24,000 nt of DNA from Clostridia bacterium (lineage in GTDB: Bacteria; Bacillota; Clostridia; TANB77; RGIG9151). Position numbers and translations under genes: made by a program. Shown piece by piece: positions 15,113 through 24,000 of the stretch. Location of the stretch: assembly GCA_017450465.1 (NCBI GenBank), contig JAFSUW010000005.1:32800-56799 (forward strand), written 5' to 3'. The stretch's first letter is position 1, and each line of letters opens with the position of its first letter. Below the pieces are notes generated by a model. The model worked only from the letters and a program-made list of their open reading frames with translations. It had not been told where the DNA came from and made no database searches.

Positions 15113-16330
15113 TTAGCCATTTGCCTCGGTTAAATAAATCTTAAACGTTCTTTCTCTACCGTCTCTTATTACAACTATATCAACCGTTTGACCTACTTCA
15201 CATTTACTCATTGCCTTCTTTAATTTTGAATAACTATCTATTTCAACTCCATTAAATTCTACTATTTTATCACCTGTTTTTAATCCAGCTTTATCCGCAC
15301 TAGAGCCATCTGTAACGCTTTGGATATATACACCTGTGCTATTTACTCTATACATCATAGCAGTATATACATCACTTATATCAATTAAGTTTACCCCCAT
15401 TTGTACTTTACCTTTTACATATCCATATGTTTTGATATCGTCTATACATTTTTTTACATCATTTATAGGTATTGCAAATCCAAGGCCTTCAACAGAATTT
15501 CCGGCAGATTTTGCAACCGTTATACCAATAAGTTCACCTGCACCATTAAATAATCCTCCACCAGAGTTACCAGGATTTATTGCTGCATTAGTCTGTAATA
15601 AATTCATAACAGTATCTTCTAATTCAATTTCTCTATCAAGAGCACTTATTATACCGTCTGTAACAGTTCCACCAAGTTCACCTAAAGGATTACCTATTGC
15701 AAGAGCAAATTCACCTACTACAAGTTTATCGGAGTCACCCAATACAGCAGCTTTTAACCCCTTAGCATCGATTTTTAATACAGCAATATCTGTGTCTGCA
15801 TCTTTACCAATTAACTTTGCCTCGTAAGACTCACCATTTTTCAACTTAACCATTATTTTATTTGCATCATCTATTACGTGATTATTTGTAACTATATAAC
15901 CATCTTCGCTTATAATTACGCCACTTCCTGCACCTTCTGCTACATAGTTCCTTATAAAACTGCCACGTACTACTGTTTCTGTAGCAATCTCTACAACCGA
16001 ATTAGTTGTTAAGTTTACTATTTCAGGGATAGTAAGTGTTGATTTATCCGGCATTGTTATAGCACTTGCATAATTTGCAGTTGACGTAGATGATATTGTC
16101 GATAATCCGCCACCACCACTTTGTGTTTTTAGCGTATCCTTATTCCTTTCAAATACTACACCACTTGTAAAACCAATTGATGCTACAAGTAGTACTGCAA
16201 GTGTTCCAGAAAGTACTTTATAGCCCAAATTTGAATTAGTCGTCTTTTTCTCCTCTACAGTATCTACTCTTTTCTCAACGCTTTCTTGATAAAAATTTTG
16301 TTCGTCCATATTATTAAAATTATCTTCCAT
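15113..16330 (-). CDS. htrA: HtrA/DegP-family serine protease with N-terminal TM anchor and C-terminal PDZ domain
   Basis: Catalytic triad contexts IVTNNHVI, DTDIAVLKI and GNSGGGLFN. A PDZ-like C-terminus is present (KAGLKTGDKIVEFNG). Confidence 0.9.
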   Translation of the reverse strand: MEDNFNNMDEQNFYQESVEKRVDTVEEKKTTNSNLGYKVLSGTLAVLLVASIGFTSGVVFERNKDTLKTQSGGGGLSTISSTSTANYASAITMPDKSTLTIPEIVNLTTNSVVEIATETVVRGSFIRNYVAEGAGSGVIISEDGYIVTNNHVIDDANKIMVKLKNGESYEAKLIGKDADTDIAVLKIDAKGLKAAVLGDSDKLVVGEFALAIGNPLGELGGTVTDGIISALDREIELEDTVMNLLQTNAAINPGNSGGGLFNGAGELIGITVAKSAGNSVEGLGFAIPINDVKKCIDDIKTYGYVKGKVQMGVNLIDISDVYTAMMYRVNSTGVYIQSVTDGSSADKAGLKTGDKIVEFNGVEIDSYSKLKKAMSKCEVGQTVDIVVIRDGRERTFKIYLTEANG

Positions 16331-16420
16331 AGTTAAACATCTCCCTACTATTTATCGTATTCACATATAATAATATAATACATTATTGTGATAAACATTT
16401 TAACTAAATATGAAAATTAT

Positions 16421-16452
16421 GTGAAAAAAGGTGTGCAAAAGCACACCTTTTT
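16421..16452 (-). terminator. Rho-independent terminator after rbfA (end of the nusA-infB operon)
   Basis: AAAAAGGUGUGC-UUUU-GCACACCUUUUU followed by U, abutting the rbfA stop. The hairpin is symmetric, so it could act in both directions. Confidence 0.85.
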
Positions 16453-16779
16453 CTACAATTTTCTTAAAACTTCATCTATGTGTGCACCATACTCCATTGA
16501 ATCATCTAAAACAAATTGCAATTCTGGAATTGTACGAATTTTTATTCTTGTAGATAATTCTTTTCTCATAAAGCCCGCACCACTTTTGATTCCCGAAAGA
16601 ACAGACGCCTTATCCTCACTAAATATACTCACAAAAACTTTACAATACTTTAAGTCTTTTGTAACCGTTACTTTAGTGATACTAATGAGTCCTGTTACTC
16701 TTGGATCTTTTATACCATTTTGGAGCATTGAACTTAGTTCTTTTTTTATCTCCTCGGCAATTCTATCAGTTCTATCCAT
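16453..16779 (-). CDS. rbfA: Ribosome-binding factor A
   Basis: 108 aa. RIAEEIKKELSSMLQNGIKDPRV...ISITKVTVTKDLKYCKVFVS, located directly after infB. Confidence 0.9.
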   Translation of the reverse strand: MDRTDRIAEEIKKELSSMLQNGIKDPRVTGLISITKVTVTKDLKYCKVFVSIFSEDKASVLSGIKSGAGFMRKELSTRIKIRTIPELQFVLDDSMEYGAHIDEVLRKL

Positions 16780-16780
16780 T

Positions 16781-19639
16781 TTACTTCTCCTTTATTTCTT
16801 CCATAACAAATCCTTCAATGACATCGCCCTCTTTGATATCATTAAATTTGTCTATACCAATACCACATTCATATCCTTCAGCAACTTCCTTTGCATCATC
16901 CTTTTCTCTTTTGAGTGACGCAAGTTTACCTTCAAATACTACAATGCCTTCTCTAATTAATCTTACATCAGAGTTCCTTTCAATCTTTCCATCTGTTACA
17001 TAGCATCCAGCAATATTACCAACACTAGAAATCCTAAATACTTGCCTAATTTCTGCATGACCTGTAACAACTTCTTTATATTTTGGTGCAAGCATTCCTT
17101 TCATAGCAGCTGTTATATCTTCTATTGCATCATAGATAATTCTATATAATCTTATATCTACGCCTTCACGTTCTGCAGTAGCTTTAGCAAGTGAATCTGT
17201 AACAACATTAAATCCAATTATAATTGCATTTGCAACTTGCGCAAGCATTACATCAGATTCATTTACAGCACCAACAGCACCATGAATAACTTTTACTCTA
17301 ACTTCTTCATTAGATATTTTTTCGATACTTTGTTTTACGGCTTCAACAGATCCTTGAACATCGGCCTTTACTATAATATTTAGTTCCTTCATTTCACCTG
17401 TAGAAATTCTATCGAATAAATCATCCAATGTTACTCTTGAAGTAGATTTTAGTGCATCTTCTCTTTTCTTAATCTTACGTTTTTCAACAAGTTGTTTTGC
17501 AACTCTTTCATCAGTTACAACATAGAATATTTCACCAGATTCAGGTACTTCTTGAAGTCCAATAATCTCTACCGGTGTTGAAGGCCCTGCCTTCTTTATT
17601 TTCTTTCCTCTTGAATCGTTCATTGCTCTTATATGTCCTACAACGTTACCAGCAATAATTGTATCGCCAACATTTATAGTACCTCTTTGAACAAGAAGCG
17701 TTGCAACAGGTCCACGACCCTTATCAAGTTTTGCTTCAATGATTGTTCCTTTTGCTTGTTTATTTGGATCAGCTTTCAAATCTAATACATCTGCAACTAA
17801 TAATACAGTTTCTAAAAGATTATCTATACCAATTCTCTTCTTAGCAGAAACAGGAACACAAATTGCGTCACCGCCCCATTCTTCAGGGACAACATCATAA
17901 TTCATTAATTCTTGTTTAATTCTTTCTACATCTGCCCCTTCTTTATCTATCTTGTTGATAGCAACAATTATAGATACTCCAGCAGCTTTTGCGTGATTTA
18001 TTGCTTCTATTGTTTGTGGCATGATACCATCATCTGCAGCAACAACCAAAATTGCAATATCTGTAACTTGAGCTCCTCTTGCTCTCATAGCAGTAAATGC
18101 TTCGTGACCAGGTGTATCTAAGAATGTAATCTCACGACCATTTATAACAACTGTCGATGCACCAATATGTTGTGTTATTCCACCAGCTTCTGTATCTATT
18201 ACGTTTGTTTCACGAATAGCATCTAGAAGTGATGTTTTACCATGGTCAACGTGTCCCATAACAACAACGATTGGTGGACGTGGTTGTAAGTTTTCTTCTT
18301 TATCCTCTGTATCATCAAATAATATGTCTTCTTCTTTAACAACGACTTCTCTTTCAATCTTTATTCCATACTCTTCAGCCATAACAGATGCAGTATCAAA
18401 ATCTACTTCATGGTTTAATGTTGCCATTATTCCATAAGAAAGTAATTTCTTTATTACATCAGCAGAAGTCTTCTTTAATTTTTCTGCTAAATCTTTAACT
18501 GTTATATAATCTCCAACTGTTATGCTAAATGGTAATTGTTTTGGTTGTTCAAAAGTACGTGTTTCTTCTTTCTTCTTCTTGTTTCTCTTTGCTCCACGCT
18601 CTAAATCATAAAAATTCATTAAAACAGAATCATCATCATTTAATAAATCTGAAACTTTATGGCCTGCGCGAAGTTCTTTTAAGTGTTCTTTATTAAAGTG
18701 TTGTGATGAACCTTGACCTTTTGAAAACTTAGAAGGTCTTCTTTCACCCGAATTATCCATATTTGTATTATTTCTTGGCTTAAAGTTCTCACGTGTGTTT
18801 TCCTTTGTTACTGGTGTTACAACAGGTGATTCCTTAAATGCATCCTTTAACTTTTTATCCATATTAGCTTCTGGATTTCTTGGCTTAAAGTCTTTTTTCC
18901 ATTCCTTCTTTTCGCCATTTGGACGAGAATTATTATCTCTTTGTTGCCACTGACCTTTATCATTGTTAAAACGTGGTTTATTGTTATTAGGATTATTATT
19001 ATTTCTATTATCTCTATTATCTCTATTATTAAATTTATTATTTACATTAGGATTAACTTTATTGTTATTTGGGTTTTCTTTTCTGTCAAAAGGTTTTTGT
19101 TCTTTTGCAGGTTCTGTTTTAGGCGCAATAACCGGTTGGGGTTCAACTGGTTTTTCCTTTTCAGGTGCCTTTGGTGGTTCAGGAGGCACTTCTTTCTTTG
19201 GCCTAAATAAATCATTTATACTTGGTATTGGTGCTTTTTTCTTAACGATTTGGGCATCGCTTCTTCTAAATTGTTCAGGATTTGCAGCATGTTTTGGTTT
19301 CAATTCATAATCGTTATATGAATTTTCCTTCTTCTCCTCAACTTTATTTTCTTCATCTCTAACTTGAACAATTTCTCTTCTAATAATTCTAGGTTGATCC
19401 TTCTTTACATCTTTCTTTGCTGCTTTTGCATCTGCTGTCTTTTTTTGCACTTTCTCTTCTCCATTCTTTGTTAAGTCAGAACTTGGTTTTAAGCGCTCAT
19501 AGATTTTCTTAATATCTGCCTCGTCTAAAACATTTAAGTGGCTCTTTACTTCTATGCCCATTTCTTTTAATTTTGCTATGAATTCTTTGTTATTCATTTC
19601 AAGTTCTTTTGCAACTTCATAAACTTTCATTTTACCCAA
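16781..19639 (-). CDS. infB: Translation initiation factor IF-2
   Basis: 952 aa. G domain motifs [20 protein letters not shown] and NKIDK, with a long Lys/Pro/Asn-rich N-terminal region. The start is either TTG 19639 (GGGGG 8 nt upstream) or ATG 19630. Confidence 0.93.
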   Translation of the reverse strand: MGKMKVYEVAKELEMNNKEFIAKLKEMGIEVKSHLNVLDEADIKKIYERLKPSSDLTKNGEEKVQKKTADAKAAKKDVKKDQPRIIRREIVQVRDEENKVEEKKENSYNDYELKPKHAANPEQFRRSDAQIVKKKAPIPSINDLFRPKKEVPPEPPKAPEKEKPVEPQPVIAPKTEPAKEQKPFDRKENPNNNKVNPNVNNKFNNRDNRDNRNNNNPNNNKPRFNNDKGQWQQRDNNSRPNGEKKEWKKDFKPRNPEANMDKKLKDAFKESPVVTPVTKENTRENFKPRNNTNMDNSGERRPSKFSKGQGSSQHFNKEHLKELRAGHKVSDLLNDDDSVLMNFYDLERGAKRNKKKKEETRTFEQPKQLPFSITVGDYITVKDLAEKLKKTSADVIKKLLSYGIMATLNHEVDFDTASVMAEEYGIKIEREVVVKEEDILFDDTEDKEENLQPRPPIVVVMGHVDHGKTSLLDAIRETNVIDTEAGGITQHIGASTVVINGREITFLDTPGHEAFTAMRARGAQVTDIAILVVAADDGIMPQTIEAINHAKAAGVSIIVAINKIDKEGADVERIKQELMNYDVVPEEWGGDAICVPVSAKKRIGIDNLLETVLLVADVLDLKADPNKQAKGTIIEAKLDKGRGPVATLLVQRGTINVGDTIIAGNVVGHIRAMNDSRGKKIKKAGPSTPVEIIGLQEVPESGEIFYVVTDERVAKQLVEKRKIKKREDALKSTSRVTLDDLFDRISTGEMKELNIIVKADVQGSVEAVKQSIEKISNEEVRVKVIHGAVGAVNESDVMLAQVANAIIIGFNVVTDSLAKATAEREGVDIRLYRIIYDAIEDITAAMKGMLAPKYKEVVTGHAEIRQVFRISSVGNIAGCYVTDGKIERNSDVRLIREGIVVFEGKLASLKREKDDAKEVAEGYECGIGIDKFNDIKEGDVIEGFVMEEIKEK
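19003..19029. repeat. Three tandem 9-nt repeats inside infB
   Basis: Plus strand tctattatc tctattatc tctattatt, encoding the NRDNRDNRN part of the Asn-rich IF-2 linker. Confidence 0.8.
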
Positions 19640-19665
19640 TTAATGCACCCCCAAAATTACCTTAC

Positions 19666-19959
19666 TTAATTTTTACCCATTATACTTTTTGCAAAATTTT
19701 CATCTTCGACAGAAAATATAACTTTATTTATTTCACCAGTTGCTTTACTTAGCAACTCGCTACTACCGTAAATTATATATGGTACTGAATTTTCATCGCA
19801 AAGCCGTGTTATTTTATTTTTTATGCTAAGCCCTGCATCTTCTGTAATTATAACTAAATAGCTTTTCCCATATAGTATGCTTCTAATAACTGCATTCGCT
19901 CCAGAAATTACTTTCCTTGCTTTTTTTGCAAACCCAAGTAGTGATAAAACTTTATCCAT
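19666..19959 (-). CDS. ylxQ: L7Ae-family RNA-binding protein YlxQ
   Basis: MDKVLSLLGFAKKARKVISGANAVIRSI...LVIITEDAG, in the conserved position between ylxR and infB. An alternative GTG start at 19974 overlaps ylxR. Confidence 0.8.
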   Translation of the reverse strand: MDKVLSLLGFAKKARKVISGANAVIRSILYGKSYLVIITEDAGLSIKNKITRLCDENSVPYIIYGSSELLSKATGEINKVIFSVEDENFAKSIMGKN

Positions 19960-19966
19960 TTTTATT

Positions 19967-20233
19967 TCACTCACTTTCGTTTACAAGTTCTTCACGAAGT
20001 TTATCATAAATTTCATTAGGTATAGCCATTTCAAATTCTCTTGAAAGTCGTTTATTCTTAATCGCCATATCAAGGCACTTTATATCTTTACAAATATATG
20101 CGCCTCTACCATTTTTCTTACCTGTAACATCTATACTTATATCATTATCGGCACTTTTTACAATACGAATAAGTTCCTTTTTTGGCTTAACCTCTTTACA
20201 ACCTATGCAAGTCCTTTGTGGAATTTTTTTCAC
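19967..20233 (-). CDS. ylxR: YlxR/DUF448 family RNA-binding protein
   Basis: 88 aa. PQRTCIGCKEVKPKKELIRIV...GRGAYIC, in the conserved position after nusA. Confidence 0.85.
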   Translation of the reverse strand: MKKIPQRTCIGCKEVKPKKELIRIVKSADNDISIDVTGKKNGRGAYICKDIKCLDMAIKNKRLSREFEMAIPNEIYDKLREELVNESE

Positions 20234-20254
20234 CTAAAACACCCTTTCAAAGCA

Positions 20255-21307
20255 CTAGATTTCTAATATTTCATTCTTAATTTGAGTTTCGCTCTTTATA
20301 TCAATCTTGTAACCAGTAAGTTTAGCAGCAAGACGTACGTTTTGACCTTCCTTACCAATTGCAAGTGAAAGTTGATTATCTGGTACAACTATTTTTGCGC
20401 TCTTTTCATCTTCTGATATATCTACCGCCAAAACTTCAGCAGGATTTAATGCACTTGCGATAAACTGTGCTATATCACTGCTCCACTCAATTATATCTAT
20501 TTTTTCACCATTTAATTCATTGATTATATTTTGAACACGAGTACCTTTTTGTCCAACACATGAACCAACTGGGTCGATACTTTCCATTTTTGCCATAACT
20601 GCAATCTTACTTCTTGAACCTGCTTCTCTTGCAACAGAAACAATTTCAATAATTCCTTCATATATTTCAGGAACTTCAAGTTCGAATAATCTTCTAACTA
20701 AACCTGGATGAGTTCTTGAAACAAAAACTTGTGGACCTTTTGCGTTCTTTTCAACTTTTGTTATATATGCTTTAATTCTTTCGCCAATGTGAAATGTTTC
20801 GTTTGGTATTTGATCTGAAGTAAGCATCAATGCTTCTGTCTTACCAAGGTCGATAATAGTACCACGTTTATCTGATGTAGATACAACACCAGTTACGATA
20901 TCTCCCTCTTTACCAAGGTACGAATTAAAAGTAACTTCACGTTCTGCTTCACGAATTCTTTGAATAACAACTTGCTTTGCTGTTTGTGCTGCTATTCTTC
21001 CAAAATTTCTTGGTGTTACTTCATGTTCTACAATATCTCCAAGTTTATATTTAGCACTTATTTCTTTTGCCTCTTCCTTAGATATTTCAAGAGCTGGATT
21101 GGTAACCTCCTTTACAACTGTCCTTTGCGCATAAACATGAATGTCGCCGGTTTCCTTATCCATTGATACTCTAACATTTTCATTTGAATCAAAATTTCTT
21201 TTAAATGCTGTTATAAGTGCTGTTTCTATGGCTTCAAATAAAATGTCGGAACTAATTCCTTTTTCCTTTTCAAGATCCATGATTGCACCAATAAATTCAT
21301 TATTCAT
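20255..21307 (-). CDS. nusA: Transcription termination/antitermination factor NusA
   Basis: 350 aa. N-terminal domain, S1 domain (GDIVTGVV) and two KH domains (VGQKGTRVQNI, IGKEGQNVRLA). Confidence 0.93.
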   Translation of the reverse strand: MNNEFIGAIMDLEKEKGISSDILFEAIETALITAFKRNFDSNENVRVSMDKETGDIHVYAQRTVVKEVTNPALEISKEEAKEISAKYKLGDIVEHEVTPRNFGRIAAQTAKQVVIQRIREAEREVTFNSYLGKEGDIVTGVVSTSDKRGTIIDLGKTEALMLTSDQIPNETFHIGERIKAYITKVEKNAKGPQVFVSRTHPGLVRRLFELEVPEIYEGIIEIVSVAREAGSRSKIAVMAKMESIDPVGSCVGQKGTRVQNIINELNGEKIDIIEWSSDIAQFIASALNPAEVLAVDISEDEKSAKIVVPDNQLSLAIGKEGQNVRLAAKLTGYKIDIKSETQIKNEILEI

Positions 21308-21322
21308 TTTTGTACCTCCCCC

Positions 21323-21763
21323 TTAAAATTCGTACACCGTTTTTACTTTTGATATATCTTTTCGTTCAAATTTTTTATCATCTATTATTATATTGTTATC
21401 ATCAGCACTCTTTAGTATGCCAACAAAACTCTTTTCACCATCAATTGGTTTATAAAAACTTGCTTCAACTTTACTACCAATATTTTGTTCAAAATGTTTA
21501 GGTAATCTTAAAATTCTTTCAATACCTGGTGATGAAACTTCTAAACAATACTGGCCTTTAATTATATCGGCATCATCGAGTATTGGCTCAATAGTTCTAC
21601 TCACATTTTCACAGTCATTAATATCTACGCCACCATCTTTATCAATGTATATTCGTAAAAACCAACTGCTACCTTCTTTTACATACTCTACATCATAAAC
21701 ATCAATTTTTAAGTTATTTATGGTAGATTCAATCAAACTTAAAACTTTTTCTTCTATCTTCAT
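21323..21763 (-). CDS. rimP: Ribosome maturation factor RimP
   Basis: 146 aa. VYDVEYVKEGSSWFLRIYIDKDGGV...LEVSSPGIERIL, immediately upstream of nusA. Confidence 0.88.
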   Translation of the reverse strand: MKIEEKVLSLIESTINNLKIDVYDVEYVKEGSSWFLRIYIDKDGGVDINDCENVSRTIEPILDDADIIKGQYCLEVSSPGIERILRLPKHFEQNIGSKVEASFYKPIDGEKSFVGILKSADDNNIIIDDKKFERKDISKVKTVYEF

Positions 21764-21783
21764 TTCTAACTCCTATCTAAAAC

Positions 21784-21810
21784 TAAAGAGTGGGATTTCC
21801 CCACTCTTTA
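21784..21810 (-). terminator. Hairpin with an interrupted U-tract in the rimP-nusA 5' leader (candidate attenuator; also the only terminator for the upstream gene)
   Basis: Minus strand UAAAGAGUGGG-GAAAU-CCCACUCUUUA followed by GUUUUAGAU. It lies downstream of the predicted promoter and about 20 nt before the rimP SD. Confidence 0.55.
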
Positions 21811-21831
21811 CGCCAGTTCTTATGCTTAATT

Positions 21832-21860
21832 ATATTAACATATTTTGATTACTTTTTCAA
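21832..21860 (-). promoter_or_regulatory. sigma-A-type promoter of the rimP-nusA-infB operon
   Basis: TTGAAA (21860-21855), 17 nt, TAATAT (21837-21832), with an upstream TG giving TGTTAATAT. Confidence 0.55.
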
Positions 21861-21920
21861 TAGTTTTTAAGTTAAATATTGCAATTTTTTGATTAAAGCT
21901 TAACCCCGACAATATAAAAA

Positions 21921-22250
21921 CTATATCACATTACAGTTGCAATATTCACATACTAATTTTTTTACTGTTGGTGCTCCACAATGTGGACATTTTAATGGAA
22001 TATTGTTTAATTTTCTCGCCTCAGATAGTTCCATTTCTTTCTGTGCATTTTTTAAACGCATTTCCTGAGTTAAATTATCAACAGTTTGATCTGCTAACTT
22101 ATCTACAGACTCACTTATAACGCTACCTATTTTACTACCTAATGATACACCAACGCCTGTAAGTGTAGAACCTATCAAACTATTTATTAAGCTATTGCCA
22201 CGCCTAATTCTACGTGGTGGAAAACCTTGTGGCCTATTCATATAGTTCAT
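21921..22250 (-). CDS. Small protein: Arg-rich N-terminus, Gly/Ser-rich segment, coiled-coil-like middle, C-terminal CxxC...CxxC zinc ribbon
   Basis: 109 aa. RRIRRGNSLINSLIGSTLTGVGVSLGSKIGS ... CPHCGAPTVKKLVCEYCNC. The SD is weak. No family recognised. Confidence 0.55.
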   Translation of the reverse strand: MNYMNRPQGFPPRRIRRGNSLINSLIGSTLTGVGVSLGSKIGSVISESVDKLADQTVDNLTQEMRLKNAQKEMELSEARKLNNIPLKCPHCGAPTVKKLVCEYCNCNVI

Positions 22251-22288
22251 TTTATCATCTCTTTCAAAATTTATTGATTGCTATTACA

Positions 22289-22777
22289 CTAATTTGGGTA
22301 TACTAAATTTTCTTCTTTCAAATTACAAAGTACCTCTTCATAGAATTTCTTTGATTCATATTTAGCCATTGTTAAGTTTTGATCTAAATAATTACCACAA
22401 GATTTTGGATCCGCCCCAGGAATTTCACCTTCATAATCCTTCATAAATACAAACATTTCTTTAATTATATCTACTACATCAGTAGATTTTAAGTCTCCCT
22501 TAAATATTACATAGAAACCTGTTCTACATCCCATTGGGCCAAAATAAACTGTTTCATTTTTATAAACCTCGTGATTTCTTAAAAATGTTGCACCTAAATG
22601 TTCTATCGTATGCAGTTCTGCTATATTTATAACTGGCTCACGATTTGGCTCCTTCATACGTATATCAAATGTTGTAGCAATGCATTCACCCGTTTTGTTA
22701 TCATAGTCTTTTCTCGATACATAGATTCCTCTTTTGAGTAATTCATGATTTACTTTAAAGCTTTCTATTTTTTCCAC
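22289..22777 (-). CDS. luxS: S-ribosylhomocysteine lyase LuxS
   Basis: Metal-site motifs HTIEHL and GCRTGFY. I moved the start to GTG 22777 (VEKIESFKV), which follows GAGGTG with a 6-nt spacer. The longer track ORF runs through a terminator and promoter. Confidence 0.9.
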   Translation of the reverse strand: MEKIESFKVNHELLKRGIYVSRKDYDNKTGECIATTFDIRMKEPNREPVINIAELHTIEHLGATFLRNHEVYKNETVYFGPMGCRTGFYVIFKGDLKSTDVVDIIKEMFVFMKDYEGEIPGADPKSCGNYLDQNLTMAKYESKKFYEEVLCNLKEENLVYPN

Positions 22778-22795
22778 AATAATCACCTCGTAAAT

Positions 22796-22804
22796 ATTAT
22801 ACCA
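22796..22804 (-). promoter_or_regulatory. Extended -10 element (TGGTATAAT) for luxS
   Basis: Minus strand TGGTATAAT, directly after the upstream terminator. The predicted TSS near 22789 is at the first base of the luxS SD. Confidence 0.4.
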
Positions 22805-22837
22805 TAAAAAAAAGAAATCCGAAAGATTTCCTTTTTT
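22805..22837 (-). terminator. Rho-independent terminator of the membrane-protein gene
   Basis: Minus strand AAAAAAGGAAAUC-UUUCG-GAUUUCU followed by UUUUUUU. One stem pair is G.U only on the minus strand. Confidence 0.8.
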
Positions 22838-23186
22838 ATAAACCAAAATAATTTATCAAATTAATAATTAATGCCCCTATTCCAAAAATAACTACCCCGA
22901 AAAACATTGTTATTGTTATATGTTTTGCAAAACTTTTACTTTCTTTTGCTTTTACCGTATTATTAACAATATAATTTTCCGTCAAAATAGGTAGTACTAT
23001 TATTAAAAATATATCTAGTAAAGCTATAATCATAAATAAATTTTCTGGGACAACATTTATAACCATCATCAAAAGTAGTACTAGAGTAAGACTTAAACCA
23101 AAATGATATGTTATTATTTCATCTGCTTCTTTGGCGGTTTCAATACCATTTTTCATTAGTTTAATCTTCATCTCGTTAATTTTCAT
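22836..23186 (-). CDS. Small integral membrane protein, unknown function
   Basis: 116 aa with about three hydrophobic helices (LSLTLVLLLMMVINVV, FMIIALLDIFLIIVLPIL, ITITMFFGVVIFGIGALIINLI). SD GGAGGGG lies upstream. Confidence 0.6.
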   Translation of the reverse strand: MKINEMKIKLMKNGIETAKEADEIITYHFGLSLTLVLLLMMVINVVPENLFMIIALLDIFLIIVLPILTENYIVNNTVKAKESKSFAKHITITMFFGVVIFGIGALIINLINYFGL

Positions 23187-23277
23187 ACTACCCCTCCATA
23201 ATGAAAGATAAATGTTTAGTTAAAACTATTAACTAATATATACATAGTAAAACTATAAAACTCGTTTTTATATAATT

Positions 23278-23307
23278 ATTATACCACTTGTTTCAATTTT
23301 ATGTCAA
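23278..23307 (-). promoter_or_regulatory. sigma-A-type promoter for the membrane-protein gene
   Basis: TTGACA (23307-23302), 18 nt, TATAAT (23283-23278). Confidence 0.55.
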
Positions 23308-23316
23308 CAAAGCACC

Positions 23317-23346
23317 TTGCTAAAATACGCTATCTTATGATAAAAT
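23317..23346 (+). promoter_or_regulatory. sigma-A-type promoter for the HAD nucleotidase gene (divergent)
   Basis: TTGCTA (23317-23322), 18 nt, TAAAAT (23341-23346), with TG at 23338-23339. Confidence 0.5.
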
Positions 23347-23375
23347 ATTTGTATCAAATATAAAGGAGGATAAAA

Positions 23376-23969
23376 ATGAGAATAGGTTTAGATATTGACG
23401 ACACTATTTCTAATACACACTTTATACTAATGAAATATGCATATAAATATAATGCTGAAAATGGAAACGACGAATTATTAAAATATAATACTAATGACTT
23501 TACGAAAATTTTTGGCTGGGATGATGAAAAAGTATACAACTTTTTTAGGACATATTACCTAGATGCCTTAAAAGAAATTGAACCAAAATTCGGTGTTAAA
23601 GAAACACTCACTAAATTAAAAAAAGATGGACACGAAATCATTTTTATCACCATACGTGATGACAATGAATGTGGTGGCGAAGGCGAAGCATATAGATTAA
23701 CATATGAATGGCTAAAGAAATATGAAATACCTTATGATGAATTAAATGTTGCCATTTCTAATAAAAAAGATTTTTGCAGTAAAAACAATATCGACATATT
23801 TATGGATGATTCAGAAAAAACTTGCAAAGCCGTAAGTGAGCTTGGTATTAAAACTTTTATAGCAATGAATCCATACAATTTAGAGTTTAAGGATGATAAT
23901 ATTATTAATATTTATAGTATGAATGAGTTTTATAATGAAGTATTAAATATACAAAAAAGTAGACACTAG
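23376..23969 (+). CDS. HAD-superfamily 5'(3')-deoxyribonucleotidase-like phosphatase
   Basis: 197 aa. The N-terminal GLDIDDTI carries the DxDxT motif, and the later FMDDS is a motif IV-like acidic pair. SD AAGGAGG lies upstream. Confidence 0.7.
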   Translation: MRIGLDIDDTISNTHFILMKYAYKYNAENGNDELLKYNTNDFTKIFGWDDEKVYNFFRTYYLDALKEIEPKFGVKETLTKLKKDGHEIIFITIRDDNECGGEGEAYRLTYEWLKKYEIPYDELNVAISNKKDFCSKNNIDIFMDDSEKTCKAVSELGIKTFIAMNPYNLEFKDDNIINIYSMNEFYNEVLNIQKSRH

Positions 23970-23981
23970 GTCTACTTTTTT
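23953..23981 (+). terminator. Rho-independent terminator overlapping the CDS end
   Basis: AAAAAAGUAGAC-ACUAG-GUCUACUUUUUU. The stop codon lies in the loop. Confidence 0.8.
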
Positions 23982-24000
23982 ATTAAATTGTCATACTTAG

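Noticed and set aside
22778-22846. N-terminal extension of the luxS ORF (MVYKKGNLSDFFFLWYNIYEVII)
   Set aside because: It runs through the upstream gene's terminator and a TGGTATAAT promoter element. GAGGTG-N6-GTG at 22777 gives a canonical LuxS N-terminus.
1-24000. CRISPR arrays, IS elements, prophage or defence-island gene content
   Set aside because: No regularly spaced direct repeats and no transposase, integrase or recombinase-like ORFs were seen. The window reads as conserved core genome, so I do not claim a defence system here.

Overview
This is an AT-rich (by eye) chromosomal core region of a low-GC Gram-positive, Clostridia-like organism. It is almost all housekeeping and mostly on the minus strand. 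Going down the minus strand, the genes are a small membrane protein, luxS, a small Zn-ribbon protein and the conserved rimP-nusA-ylxR-ylxQ-infB-rbfA operon. These are followed by htrA, a stand-alone SecD-P1-like protein, rny, tRNA-Arg(CCG)-hflX, apt and an HD hydrolase + histidine-phosphatase pair. Last come a secreted repeat protein, a DapF-fold racemase overlapping pepD, and the 5' part of polC. A plus-strand block (10364-14243) carries a putative lipoprotein, comM and a small nuclease-like protein, and a HAD nucleotidase gene sits at the right edge. I saw no transposase, integrase, CRISPR array, rRNA or obvious prophage. The points most worth follow-up are: (1) a candidate leader-peptide transcription attenuator with His-His-Arg-Arg codons upstream of racemase-pepD; (2) a ~195-nt GC-enriched rod-like structured RNA or inverted repeat between pepD and the polC promoter; (3) a stand-alone domain typical of phage/conjugative polyvalent-protein nucleases, apparently operonic with comM; (4) a SecD P1-head-only protein next to htrA; (5) a tRNA ending 17 nt before the hflX start codon. 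All functional calls come from reading motifs by eye. No database search was run.
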